Positions 1 through 14,000 of a stretch of DNA of 64,000 nucleotides are shown in pieces (the stretch's first letter is position 1; each line of letters begins with the position of its first letter). The stretch comes from Octopus vulgaris. Its lineage: Eukaryota. The notes below the pieces were generated by a model. It saw nothing but the letters and a program-made list of their open reading frames with translations, ran no database searches and was not told where the DNA came from. A program made the translations under genes and the position numbers. The stretch covers positions 3,100,001-3,164,000 of the forward strand of contig OX597820.1 in the NCBI GenBank assembly GCA_951406725.2, given 5' to 3'.

Positions 1-2069
1 GACACTCTGAGATATTTATTTAACCAACCATCTGCTCTGCATCAATTATTCTTCACCCAATAATTATGGGTGCAGAAGAGAAGCCTATATAACAGGCTTT
101 ACAGTAGTCGTTGTACAGCAGAAACCTGTTACAGTATAACAAGATTTAACAATGTGGTAATACCGACTCAAAAGAGAACTTGAGTGTGATAAGTGAGTGT
201 ACTGCAACTGTCCGAGTCATTCACAACAAAAGCACTCAACAGTAGACTTCCTCTGACCCGGCACCACTTGAGAGCCGAGGATTGGCAGATAAGTTTTCAG
301 ATATCTGATCATCACTTTTAAATTACTATAGCACTTTATCAAACTCATTAAAACTCCCTTTATAAATATATATCATCATCATCGACGTTTAACGTCCACT
401 TTCCATGCTGGCATGGGTCGGACGGTTTGACTGAGGACTGGTGAGCTAGAAGGCTGTATCAGGCTCAATCTGATCTGACAAAGTTTCTACAGCTGGATGC
501 CCTTCCAAATGCCAACCACTCTGAGAGTGTAGTGGGTGCTTTTTACGTGCCACTGGCACAAGGGCCGGTCAGGTGGTTCAGGCAACGACCACGCTCTAAA
601 GGTGTTTTTTATGTGCTACCTGCACGGGAGCCAGTCCAGTGGCACTGGCAAAGACCATGCTCGAATGTTGCTTTTCAAATATATATATATATATATATAT
701 ATACGTGTGTATATATACATACATACCTAGACACAAGCTTACCGTTAACAAAAGTTGGGATGGCGTTCAGTTATTCCATAAAGGAAAAATGCATTAAATA
801 CTACAAAACAGAAGTAGGATAGACACCAGGACCCTAATTCTTCATCAGTTATCGACCGATGTATATAGATGTCCTCCTCATCATCAACATTTAACATCCG
901 TTTTCCATGCTGGCATGGGTGGACAGTTTGACAGACGAACATCTTTCCTAGAACCAACCACTTTACAGAGTGTACTGGTTGCTTTTTATGTGGCACCAGC
1001 ACTGGCGCTTTTTATACGGTACCATCTTTGTGTGTGTGTGTACTTTTTACCTTTAGCTTGTTTCAGTCATTAGACTGTGGCCATGCTGGGGCACCACCTT
1101 GCGAAAATATTTTTACTCGAATGAATCAACCCCAGTACTTATTTTTTAAAGCCTGGTACCTATTCTATCGGCTTCTTTTGCTGAACTGCTAAGTTATGGG
1201 GATGTAAACCACACACACACACACACTTGAACTTCTTTCAGTTTCCATCAACCAAATCTACTCTGAAGGCTTTGGTCAACCTGAGGCTAAAATAGAAGAC
1301 AGTTGGTCATGGTGCCATGCAGTGGGATTGAACTTGCAACCATATGGTTGGGAAGCACACACACACACACTCATCAGTATTATCATTAATTTTCTGAATA
1401 TAGCAGAAATGAGAAAAATAGGAAGAAATATAATTTAAGAACAAGTTTTATTAACCTGATAAAAGACAGGAACCGTTGCAGAGAGAGAGAGGAAACCATT
1501 AAGCTGTTGTCTGAGAAGCAACAATCCACAGAAACCTTATTTTGATGACCCTAACTCAAGGAACTCAAATTCTTCTCCATTTTCTCACCAAAGCATAAGG
1601 TGTTCTCATATGTCTGTAACGTTAGCATTTAGCATCCCAGAAACCAGGTGTTTTGTACCCAGGTTATATGGATTTTATACCTGATATAAATTACTGTGGA
1701 TAAAGAAAGTCACAGGTAACTAGAGTTCTTCAGGCACAGGTATGGTTGTGTGGTAAACAATTCGCCTCCCAACCACATGGTACGGGGTTCAGTTCCACAG
1801 TGTGGTTGGTACCTTGGGCTGGTGTCTTTTGCTATAGCCTCAGGCCAGCCAAAGCCTTGTAAATGGATTTGATAGACAGTAACTGAAAGAAGCCCATCAT
1901 GTGTATATGTGTGTGTTTCTTTGTCCCCCCCCCCGCACAATCACTTGACAACTGATGTTGGTGTGTTTACATCCCCATAACTTAGTGGTTCAGCAAAAGA
2001 AACCGATAGAATAAGTACTGGACTTAAAAAGATAGGTACAGGGGTCAATTTGTTTGACTAAAATTCTAC

Positions 2070-2420
2070 GGATCTTTTCGCTTTGACTGGCAGATTTTAA
2101 AATAATTTCTTTGTAACTAAACACTTTCAAACTTTGTATACTGGTAGAATACATATATACAACAGGCTTCTTTTCAGTTTCTGTCTACCAAACTTTGTAT
2201 ACTGGTAGAATCTCTTGGCTTTCTTGAGAAAAGTCTGTAGTTTGTAAGCTATTTGTTGTTTAATTTCTTGCATTTCGGCAATTTCAACCAATCAATGACG
2301 TCTATTGAGGTGTATACAATCTCTCCGAATCTTTGTCAACAACAATTTTATACGAAGTTTAAAAGTGTTTAGTTACAAAGAAATTATTTAAAAAATTTGC
2401 CGGTCAAAGCGAAAAGATCC
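2070..2420. mobile_element. Long-TIR MITE (Merlin- or Mutator-like) inserted in a family A SINE tail
   Basis: TIR of about 70 bp, GGATCTTTTCGCTTTGAC.. / ..GTCAAAGCGAAAAGATCC, with 8-bp TSD aattctac/aattcttc. Confidence 0.85.
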
Positions 2421-4690
2421 AATTCTTCAAGGCAGAGCTCCGGCATGGCCAAGTATAAAATATAAAAGCTACACTGATGCAATGAACAGAAATAATTGTC
2501 CAGGCATCTGTTTTGTTGCAAAGCAATAGTTGTTAGGACATCTGTTTACTGCAAACCAAACAACCACAAAGCTCCATTTAAACAGCAGAGGCTTTTTGCT
2601 GTGCGTAGAATATAAAAGGAAAAAAAACGATAAACACCTGGCAAAAATCAATGGAACAACTGACAAGAAACAGTTACCGAAAGAATAAGTTGTGCAGAAC
2701 AGATCTTGGATCCAGTTACTAAGATGCAGACATCTCAAAATTTGCCCTTGGCTTCATTACGTTGCAGGGCTTTGGCCGAGAAAATATTTTAACCATTTAG
2801 CCTTCAGATTACTCTCTTAAACATAATACTTATTTCTTTATAACATTCTGCAATTAATCAGACATTATCTTATAAGCTTTGAGATCTTGATGCTGTTGTT
2901 GTTCTTTTATTCTTTTACTTGTTTCATTCATTTCACTGTGTCCATGCTGGAGCACTGCCCTTAGTCGAGCAAATCGACCCCAGGACTTATTCTTTGTAAA
3001 CCTAGTGCTTATTCTATCGGTCTCTTCTGCCGAACCGCTAAGATAAGGGACGTAAACACAACAGCAACGGTTGTCAAGCGATGTTGGGGGAACAAACACA
3101 GACACACATATACATATATACGACGGGCTTCTTTTCAGTTTCTGTCTACCAAATCCACTCACAAGGCTTTGGTTGGCCCGAGGCTATACTAGAAGACACT
3201 TGCCCACGGTGCCACGCAGTGGGACTGAACCCGGAACCGTGTGGTTGGTAAGCAAGCTTACTTACCACACAGCCACTCCTGAATGATGTTGTAGGGCAGG
3301 CATGAAAGGCTGGACCTTGCCTATTTGAATGCAAAGCAGCAAGAATAATAGGGCCCGGTGTGACCAGTTTAAATGCTAAGGGCTTAAAGAAGAAACAATA
3401 AGAAAAAAGAAAGAATGGAAACTCAAAAATGAAATAAACATTAAGTGCAAGAACGGCTGTGAGGTTACGAAGCTTGCTTTGCAACCACAAGGTTTCAGGG
3501 TTCAGTCTCACAGTGCAGCTCCTTGGGCAAGTGTTTTCTACAACAGCCCTGGGCCAGCCAATGCCTTGTGAGTGAATTTGGCAGACAGGAACTGTATATG
3601 TCAGAACAAAGACACACAGGAACCTGCATAAAAAGCACCCAGTACGCTCTGTAAAGTGATTGGCATCAGGAAGGGTATCCAGTCATAGAAACCAGGCCAA
3701 AATGGACAATGGAGCCTGGAATGGTCCTGGCTTTACCAGCTTGCGTCAAATCATCCAACCCATGCCAGCATGGAAAACAGGTGTCAAATGATGATGATGA
3801 TGATCTCTACAAGAGATCAGTCAGTGGGATATGTGAGCTTTTGCAACCATTGTCAATTTTGCAGCTCCACTGGTCATGGAACATCTTTCTAAAGAAATGA
3901 TAGACTGCTAAAAATGATGAATCTAATAAAACCGTTGTCTTTCAGCAACATTGAATAAAACCATAACAAAGAAGCAAGCCGTGCATTCGAGGCAAGCAAC
4001 CGGCAACGAGGCCGGACATTTTGCCAACTCTGCTTAATTACTTAACGAAGTGTTCAGCATGGCAGAAATCACAGACCTTATCTACTGCTGCTGATGCTGT
4101 TTTATTAAACCATTTTAATATATTGGTTTCAAATTAGGGCACAAAGCCAACAATTTCAGGGAGTGGGGGGGGAGTCAATTACAATGACTCCCCCCTCCCT
4201 TCCTCTGCTCAACTGGTACTTATTTTATCAACCCTGAAATGAGGAAAGGTAAATCCAACCTCAGCAGAATTTGAATTCAGAATGTAAAGACAGGTGAAAT
4301 GCCGCTGTGCATTTTGCATAACATACTAACGACTCTGCCAGCTCGTTGTATTAAACCATTTTAATATTTTGGAGAAGAGAAAAGGGGCATATGATATAAG
4401 TTTTTTTTTTCACTTTGTGTGTACCAAATCCACTCCCTTCACTCAGCCCAAGTCCATAATAAAAGACATTTCTCCAAGGTGCCTCCTTTGAGTCGAACTG
4501 TACCTGAAACTATGTGGTTGGTGGAACAAGCTTCTTACCACACAGCCACCCTTGCACCTGTCGAGAGTTATTGCAATGCTGTTTGGGAAGACATGACTGC
4601 AGTGGTAAGCAATGAAACACAAAGGGTCCTGAAAGCCATCAAGATCAGTCTCAGACAGGAGTAAGATGACAATGGTCTTTAGATGGAGAG

Positions 4691-5420
4691 CAGGGGTTCT
4701 CAACCATTTTTATCTAAGGACCCCTTTGATTCTTATTTTACTCAGAAGAAGGGTCCCTCATTGACAATCGATGATTAAAACAATCTATCTTTATAATTAA
4801 CCCTTTTGAAACCAACACGGCTGAAACTGCCTCTGGCTCTGTGGTACAAATGTCTTGTTTTCATAAGTTTTGAGTTAAAAATCTTCTACCAAACCCTAGT
4901 CACAATTTATGTTCCTAACACTAGTTGAAAGATAACTAAGTTATTTTACTAAATTCTTTTGTTATATTTAAAGTTAATTGAAAGCAACACAGAGCATCTC
5001 AACAGAAATACAGTAACGAAAGGGTTAAAATATATAATAGAGAAACTATTCTTAACTCTTTCGTTACCAACCCAGCTGAAACTGCCTCTGGCCCTGTTGT
5101 ACAAATGTCTTGTTTTCATAAGTTTTGAATTAAAATCTTCCACCAAACCTTAGTCACAATTTATGTTCCTAACACTAGTTTAATGATAACTAAGTTATTT
5201 CACTAAATTCTTTGTTATATTTAAAATTAATTGAAAGAAACACAGAGCATCTCAAAATAAACACAGTAACGAAAGGGTTAAATATTAGAAATTGTATAAA
5301 AACGTTGAAATATTTTGTGTATTCTAGAAGTATAATCAATTTATTGCAGATATCTTTTAACAACAAAATCTTACATGGACCCCCCATAAGGGCCATATGG
5401 GCCCCAGTTGAGAACCCCTG
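4691..5420. mobile_element. hAT (Charlie-like) MITE with a nested piggyBac MITE dimer
   Basis: Perfect TIR CAGGGGTTCTCAAC / GTTGAGAACCCCTG. A second family member lies at about 10478-11435. Confidence 0.85.
4801..5277. mobile_element. piggyBac-type MITE tandem dimer
   Basis: Two units of about 222 bp, TTAA|CCCTTT..AAAGGG|TTAA, separated by a 23-bp spacer. Confidence 0.88.
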
Positions 5421-6202
5421 ATCTGGAGTAATCACAAGAGGAAAGCAAGTTATTTTTGGATCAGAACTGGAGCTCCTGACTTTGCCTCCAATATACCTTA
5501 AACGTTAACACTTTGGCTACCAAGGGGTCACCTGTGACGATTTCTTTTTTAAGGAGCCTCACATAAATGCAGTTCAAATTCAAATTTTAGGAGACATACA
5601 GAAACATTTTCTTTTTTTTTTTTTTTTCAGTTCCCCACAGAATGTGACAAGGCTGGCCCTTTGAATTACCCCTCATTTTTGCCAGCTGAGTGGACAGGAA
5701 CAACGTGAAATAAATTGAAATAAAGGATACAATGTGCCGCCAGGAATCAAACCCGTGACCTTATGATTTTGAGCTGAATCCCTTGACCCCTCAGCCAAGA
5801 ACATTACATACATACATGCGTGAGCATGTCTATATATGCGACTATATGCATGAGAAGACATACATAAAACAAAAGCATTCAAGTCTGCACATATACATAC
5901 AAAAATACCCTGTTGTTGAGGTTGAAATTCCAATGAAGGAGCCCTGGATCTAGGTTAGAAACCAGCTGTTTCGCTTTTGGCAAGAAATCTTGAAATAAAA
6001 CTGAAGACACACACATACACACACTGGCTAAAAGAATTTTAAAAATGTATAATTTATAACAAGATTAGTTGGCCAAGAAGAAAATATGGTACAAATTGCG
6101 TTTCATAGGCAAAGGTATTAATGCAGGTAAAATTTCCAGGGCAGTAAAAGTTGTAGTAATTAGAAACTTGAAAATAATATTAGCAAAGGGCAAAACACTT
6201 AC

Positions 6203-6351
6203 ATTAAATCTGGTCGAAAACGGTGAATAAGGGCACAGAATGCCAGTCCATCTCTCCATGAAGTTGTCATGTTTGTAATTTTAACATCACGATAGCCTTC
6301 ACACCTGTTCTTACACCACTGCTGCAACGCACGTAGCTTGGCCTGAGACAT
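6203..6351 (-). CDS. MICALL2: First coding exon of a MICAL-like protein (MICALL1/MICALL2 family), N-terminal calponin-homology domain
   Basis: Manual translation: [49 protein letters not shown]+AT (49 codons + 2 nt). It resembles the MICALL2 N-terminus ([34 protein letters not shown]). Start context ACC-ATG, in-frame TAA 4 codons upstream, GTAAGT donor at 6202-6197 (phase 2). The symbol is the closest-looking paralogue; an invertebrate gene is probably co-orthologous to MICALL1/2. I found no downstream exons in 1-6200. Confidence 0.93.
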
Positions 6352-6425
6352 GGTTCGTTTTTATATCAACACATTTAGTAATTCAGCTTTTGAGCATAAC
6401 CTTTTTCCTGATAACAGAAAACTTC
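6352..6425 (-). other. 5' UTR part of the MICAL-like exon, preceded by a splice acceptor
   Basis: The minus strand has a long T/C tract ending GTAG|GAAG (AG at 6427-6426), which implies an upstream non-coding exon. Confidence 0.8.
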
Positions 6426-9400
6426 CTACAAAAAAAGAAAAAAACACCCAATGGGATGTCAACACATCTGTTCACACAGAGAAGCATTTAATATATTCAT
6501 TATAGAATTATTTACATAAATTATATAAGTTGTTTATATAATCTATTTATTATGTAAACAAATTTTTATCATAAATTAACTGAAGACATTGACTCACTTC
6601 ATCATTAAAATAATTGCTAATTGAAGTTATAATCAAATTCAGTCAGTTCTCATCTCATACAAGTCATCATTATTAACATGGCCTCTGTGTATCCAGGCAA
6701 TGTTCACCTTGGCCTTTGTTAGTGCCCATGTGTGAGCTCTATACAACAGATTCTCTATTGTTGCTCTGAAGAATCTACATTTCAGGCCTCAATCTAGATT
6801 TGATCTCCATATTGTTGTCATTACATGAGAATTGCTAGTTAGAGCTGACCAATCCACTGGATTAACATACACGGAAAGGAAATGACCAAGACATCATACC
6901 AAAAAACACAGGTTTTTCAGTTGGTATTGCATTGCTATTGGGGCCAATCAAAGAAGATCAACAACCGTTACTATAAATGGTACGCTTGAAGGCTTACACT
7001 TGAAGTTCCCCTCTCTTAATCTAAAAGCAATTATTACCTGAGAAGGGTAGAATCTGAAAGAAGTGATAAATTTCTAGAATGTTGGAACCTAGATAACTCA
7101 ACGAAGGAAACTAATGGTCAAGATTGGTCTTAAGATTCCTGGAATTCTATGATGCAACTTCATCTAACTGCCCCAAACACAATTCAATAATCCAGTGAAC
7201 CACTTCGTCACCTACCAATCTAGCAAACACAAACCAAACAGGTATCATTCTCATTAGGGAACAGGACAGGCAGACTATTGTAAATTTTAACCCCTTTCCT
7301 AGTGAAGAATGCACAACCCAACAGAGGTTAGTGGTAAGTGACGTGAGAATTAGAACTAGGTAGGCACAGAAACAGAAGACCATCTGTGGAAGGAAGAGAC
7401 AGAAGCTAAAAGAATCCACAATTGGTTAGAAGTTTAGAGAAATTCTAGCTGATGCAAATGACAATAGATGAGAGACAAATACAACAGGGAGTTCAGGTGA
7501 GATCCCTGGCTGAGAATTACTGATCCAGGTGATGACATGGTGGAATAAAATGGTAGACAGAGCTATAAAAGTTACAAGATAGACTTAGGGAATCTGAAAT
7601 GATGGTGGGAGCAGATATCCTTATCAGTGGGGCTAGAAAGGAATCCAGGTGGCAAGTCTGCTCAGCAATAGAAAAAGCAGAGACTTGCACATGTTCTAGG
7701 ATATAAGAAATGGAGGTGTGAGGTGTTCCACATGAGAAGCTTGAGGAAACCAAGGTGTTGCCAAAGAGAAATGTATCTGAAATGATGGTGCTACACTCGC
7801 AATTAATGTTGATGACAGGAAAGAGGTATGGAAGTGATATAATAAAAGGGTAATGAACAAGGAGATGGCATGGGATAAAAAGGTCTGCCCCCTTCTGACC
7901 CAACAGAGGGACCAGCAATATGTAAATATATATGTCTATATATATATACATGTATAGAAAACAGATGAGATGATGCGTGTGTGTGTGTGTGTGTGTGTGT
8001 GTGATCATTATCATTTAATATCTGCTGTCCATACTGGCATGGGATTGATGGTTTGACCAGAGCTGAGAAACTGGGAGGCTGTACCAGACTCGACTCTGAT
8101 TTGACATGGTTTCTATGGCTGGATGCCCTTCCTAACGCCAACCACTTTGAGAGTGTAGTGGGTGTTTGTATACATGACACTGGCACAGATGCCATTGACC
8201 CGACACCGGCAATGACCACCACTACAGTCGGACAGGTCAACACATGCACAGCATATCACCAAGGTTCCCAGTCACCTGCCACTGTCTCTATGAGGCCCAA
8301 TGTCCAAACGGGGCACTTTGTGTATCATCGGAACTGGTACCAGTCAGGCAGCACTGGCATCGGTGATGACTGCGATTTCACTTGGCTCGAAAGGTCTTCA
8401 TATCACCCAACATTTGAAGGGTGCTTTTAATGTGCCAGTCACATGACACCAGCCACAACTTGGCTTCGTGGGTCTTCTCAAGCACAGAATAAGTTTCTTA
8501 TTATAGAACTGCTACACAGCTAATCGCATTCTAGAAAAGAGGAAGAGAGCAGTTAGGGGGGGGGGTGCGACTGGAAAGAGATTAAAATAGCAGTGACGAG
8601 GTGCCAGGGTGGATTCTCAAAATACAGGGGGAGTAAAAGAGAGTGAGGACAGATGGTAACGTGGGTGGGTAGAGGTAGCATGAGTGTACGGTAGGGGAGG
8701 GATGTGAGAAATGGTTAGGGATGGGGTAGGAGAAAGAGGGTGAATATTTTGAACAAGTGGTGAAGGATGATGGGCAGGGTAAGTCAGGAAAAGGAAAAAC
8801 TAGGTGATGTATACATGAATGTACATACCTATGTGTACCTAAGTGTACATATAGGCAATTTGAGGGTGTAATGCCCTCCTTATCGCTGATAAATGGTATT
8901 ATCAATGGTATTTTGGGAGAATTCTGTCAATACACAGGGATAAACAGGGATAATTTACATTTATATTAATACAAGAAGATGGAGAAAAAATATTGTGGAT
9001 ACTTATTTGATTTGTATCACAATAAAAACATGGCAAATAGTTTAATACAAATGAAATTTAAAGGAACATCAATTAAGCAAAGAAAAGGGCCTACACATGT
9101 TTCACATGATTGAAACATGTTTAGGCACTTTTTTTTGCTATTAATATGTGTGTGTGTATGTGGACATACATATATATATATATATATAAGTTCAGCAAAA
9201 ATTTAGATTCAAATGAATATGGTACTTAATTTAGATGCACCAGAATTTTGTATGGTGGTATCCATAAAAATCCGTGGGGTGATTATAATCAAAATAAGCA
9301 ACAAGAATGTGAAAGAAGCCCATCGAATATATATATATATACATATATACATATATATATATACATATATTTGTGTTTGTCCTCACTTGGTAACTAATAT

Positions 9401-10555
9401 TGGTGAGTTTACTTCCCTGTAACTTAGCAGTTTGGCAAAAGAGACCAATGGTTTAAGTACCAGGCTTAAAATAAAGAAAACCAAAAGAAGCAATGGGGAT
9501 GGATCATTCGACTAAAATTCTTCAAAGCAGTGCCCCAGCATGGCCACAGTCTAGTGACTGGAACAAAAAAAGACACACACACACACACACAACTACAATA
9601 ATAACTTTGCATACTCATACACACACCCCCACACATACATACGGTGACTATAATACTTCATGTGGATTTATAATGCAACGTATATAAATAATTACATAAT
9701 TTTCCCCCTGTTTATTCTTTGCATGTCATTGAATGTGGGTCACACAAATCTAATTCCTAAGAATGAAAAACCTTTCTCTCTTTCTCACATGTTCGCTGCC
9801 GTCATTCCTTCACAAAAGAATAAAGAAATAAAACAACCAATCAACACCCAACCCTCCGTGCACCTATGTATGAGTAATATTTTAGTATTTGTTGGCCTAT
9901 CAGGTGTGTGTGTGTGTGTGTAAGCCTGTGTGGGTGGGTCTCGGCATTGCATGCGTGCACTTCTATTTTGTTATGTGTGTGTGTGTGTGTATATTGCTGG
10001 GAATATTACGGAATATGTGCGCAACTCTCTGCATACATACAGGTGGATGGAAGTGTGTGTGTGTGTGTGTGTGTGTGTACATATATATAGGTGCATAAAT
10101 GTTTATGTGTATGACTTTATATATATGAACCAGAAGGTGCGTATACACACACACACACACACGTACACCTGCACTATTTGTGCTGTAATTAAATGTCTAT
10201 AGAATTGGTAGTTGATGTAATTGTATTGTATGAAAATGTAACACCCAAATACAAAGAGAAGACACTGGAATAGCAGAATTTAGTAAACCCACATATATTT
10301 ATTTATTGCCGACAAGGGGCTAAAGAGAGGGGACAAACAAGGACAGACAAAGGGATTAAGTTGATTACAGTTTGACTGGACCTAAATGAGGCATGTATTT
10401 ATAGGAAGTTAAGAACAGAATTGATAAGAATGAGATCACATGGTGGGGTCACTGGACTGGAAGGAGGATTGGTCAGACATGTGGATCTCAACCATTTTCT
10501 GTCTGTGGACCCCTTTGGTTCTTATTTACTCTAATGGACCTCCATAGTCATTTAA

Positions 10556-11028
10556 CCCTTTTGTTACCAACCCGTCTGAAACTGGCTCTGGCTCTATAGT
10601 ACAAATGTCTTATTTTCATAAGTTTTTAATGAAAATCTTCCACCAAACCTTAGTCACAATTTATGTTCCTGACACTAGCTTAATGATAACTAAGTCATTT
10701 TATTAAATTCTTTGTTATATTTAAAGTAATTGAAAGAAACACAGAGCATCTCAACAGAAATATGGTTACAAAAGGGTTAAAATATATAACAGAGAAACAA
10801 TTCTTAACCCTTTTAATACCAACCCAACTGAAACCGGCTCTGGCTTTGTAGTACAAATGTCTTGTTTTCAAAAGTTTTGAATTAAAATCTTCCACCAAAC
10901 CTTAGTCACCATTTATGTTCCTGACACTAGATTAATGATAACTAAGTTATTTTACTAAATTCTAATTCATATTTAAAGTAATTGAAAGAAACAGAGAGCA
11001 TCTCAACAGAAATACAGTAACGAAAGGG
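10556..11028. mobile_element. piggyBac-type MITE tandem dimer, second copy
   Basis: Same two units and nearly the same spacer (aatatataacagagaaacaattc), TTAA-flanked. Confidence 0.88.
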
Positions 11029-14000
11029 TTAATGTATATTTAAAAAAATCCTATATTTTAATAATTAAATATTTTTTTCTACTCAAGGCCCGAAATTTTT
11101 GAGGAGGGGGTCAGTTGATTAGATCGTCCCCAGTATGCAACTGGTACTTAATTTATCGACCCTGAAGGAATTTGAACTCAGAATGTAAAGACATGAAATA
11201 CTGCTAAGCATTTCGCCCAGCGTGCCAACGTTTCTGCCAGCTCTTCACCTTTAAATAATTCCATAATTAAATATTATCCGGAATTGTATTTAAAAAATTA
11301 AAATGTTTTGTGTATTGTAGAAGCAAAAGCATATTCATTGCAGGTGAATTTTGATAACAAAATCTACTTTGCCCCCCCCACCCCCACCCATCAGTCCTGA
11401 GGGTCAAAAGTGGACCCTGGCTGAGAAGCACTGATCTAAGAAACAATACTATGCCAACAGAGAAAATGGCCACCACATCCGTCCTTCTTGCATTTCCTCC
11501 CATGGAATTGCTTTCATCTTATTTGCAAAAAGATGCCAAGAATGTCAAAGAGTAAATAAATTTGGTTTCTGTTCTTTGTTCAAAGCTTTAGAAGCCTAAC
11601 CCTAACCCTATCAGTTGAAGAAATGCCGGTTCCATTGGGGACACCATTATCATCAAGTAACACACGGTTACTACACGTCTATGTTTTCTTCTTCTAATAC
11701 TTTCTAACGCTTTGGAATAAAAGACACACTGGAATTGTCTACCGGATGATGTAGGTTGTTTTGTATCCTCTCCATTTTCTTATTTGCCATACATATATAT
11801 ATATATATCTATTATCATTTTTTAACGTCCGCTTTCCATGCTAGCATGGGTTGGACGATTTGACTGAGGCCTGGCGAACCAGATGGCTGCACCAGACTCC
11901 AATCTGATCTGGCAGAGTTTCTACAGCTGGATGCCAACCACTCTAAGAGTGTAGTGGGTGCTTTTATGTGCCACCGGCACGGGGGCCAGTCAGGCGGTAC
12001 TGGCAATGATCGCTCGAATGTTTTTACACATGCCAATAAGGCGACGCTGGTAACGATTACGCTCGAATGGTGCCTTTTACATGTCACCGGCTCAGAAGCC
12101 GGTTAGCCGCTCTGGCAACGATCATGCTCGGATGGTGCTCTTAGCACCCTACTAGCACGGGGCTCAAGTGCCAGTAAGGCGACGCTGATATATATATATA
12201 TATATTGCTGCATTAACCAAAGCTAGAAACAAGCTTAACACAGGAAGCAATAGATTACAGGTATTAATACTTCCAAACAAGTTTTCCATTGTAAATGTAA
12301 ACAAACCTAGCATGCAACAGTGCCGCCCTGGTGGCAGATTCAAAATGCCAGACAAAAGAGATTCAATCTGTTGCAGTAAAATTCATCATCGGCTTCAAGG
12401 ATTGCCGAATGCCTTCTTGACTGAACGTTTGTTACGGGGCTTCGATAGTGAAATCAGCTGTTGGTGGACTTTTGACCCCTTTGGGGAAAGAATCCATAAT
12501 GATTAATTTTTTTTTTTTTTAAATTTTTATCTAGTTTCAGCTCACAAGCTGTGGCCATGCTGGGGCACCGCCATTAATGTTTAACATTAGCCGAGAAAAA
12601 GGACAACAACGCACACATGTTGCCAAACCTCAACTGATAATGGTCAAGAGATCCATTCTGAAGCCAGATTGTGAATTTTGTGAGCAGACTGGACACAAGT
12701 TTCAGTGAATTGAGTTGGGTCAGCATCAAGCTGAGGTCAGTAAACATTTAAGGAAGCTGAACACTTCATCTTTTTTGATTAAATCCAGATGTGTGACTGT
12801 GAAGGTAGCATCTTCTACAACAATTTTCCATAGCACAGACGAAACAATAATGTGACCGCAGTGTATAAACAGTGTCTGTTTCTGTATGGGAGTGTTTTAT
12901 ATGTGAGAATGTGTGTGTGTGTAATTATGTGTAATTATGTGTGCGTATGAAGATGTGTGAATGCATGTGTATATGTGTATACTCTTACTCTTTTACTTGT
13001 TTCAGTCATTTGACTGAGGCCATGCTGGAGCACCGCCTTTAGTCGAGCAAATTGACCCCAGGAGTTATTTTTTGTAAGCCTAGTACTTATCATATCTGTC
13101 TCTTTTGCTGAACCGCTAAGTTACGGGGACGCAAACACACCACCATCGGTTGTCAAGTGATGTTGGGGGGACAAACACACACACGCAAACATACACACAC
13201 ACACACACATATACATACATATATACGACGGGCTTCTTTCAGTTTCCGTCTACCAAATCCACTCACAGGGCTTTGGTCGTCCCGAGGCTATAGTAGAAGA
13301 CACTTGCCCAAGGTGCCACGCAGTGGGACTGAACCCGGAACCATGTGGTTAGGAAGCAAGCTACTTACCACATAGCCACTTCTGCGCCTATGTATATGTT
13401 TAACATAGAAGTGGTTGAAAGCACCCAGTATACACTGTAAAAGGGTTGGTACTAGGAAGGGCATCCAGCTGTAGAAGGGATGCTGAAGCAGACATTGGTG
13501 CAGTCCTCCGACCTGTCAGATCCTGTTAAAATGTCCAATCAATGCCAGCATGGAATGTGGGTAGTAAATGATGATGAGGCATATATATGGATGTGTGCCT
13601 CTACTATTGGCACTTCAAAGCACCCACTACACTCTCGGAGTGGTTGGCGTTAGGAAGGGCATCCAGCTGTAGAAACCTTGCCAGATCAAGATTGGAGCCT
13701 GGTGCAGCCTCCCGGCTTGCCAGCCCTCAGTTAAACTGTCCAACCCATGACAGCATGGAAAGCGGACATTAAACAACGATGATGATGTATATTAACGAAG
13801 TTGAAATGTATGTGTATATAGATGTGTGTGTGTTTGTTTCAACGACGATTTGTTTTCTCCTGCTAACATAGCTCAGAAGAGAGTTGAATTGAGGATGGAT
13901 TTTTACAGTGGGATCCACTTCCTGCTGCCAACCCTTCCCTGTTTATCAAATAAGAGATTTCTTTTATTCCACAGGAATCCAAAAGTGATAGATGAGTTGT

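Noticed and set aside
6065-6259. ORF-track 64-aa ORF MERWTG..
   Set aside because: Wrong-frame overlap of the real MICAL-like exon, running into the intron.
6900-7900. Possible very old LINE remnants (also 14690-15550, 23800-24000, 51780-51970, 63600-63720)
   Set aside because: Too degenerate to assign by eye; needs a Dfam or tBLASTn search.
11595-11611. Telomeric (CCCTAA)n
   Set aside because: Under three units; expected by chance.
12318-12338. CTCF-like motif gtgccgccctggtggcag
   Set aside because: Spacing is one base off the consensus and cannot be supported alone.
13157-13375. Recurrent ORFs such as RASFSFRLPNPLT..HLPKVPRSGTEPG and FLQLDALPNANHS
   Set aside because: Antisense readings of SINE A and the RTE tail, not a gene family.
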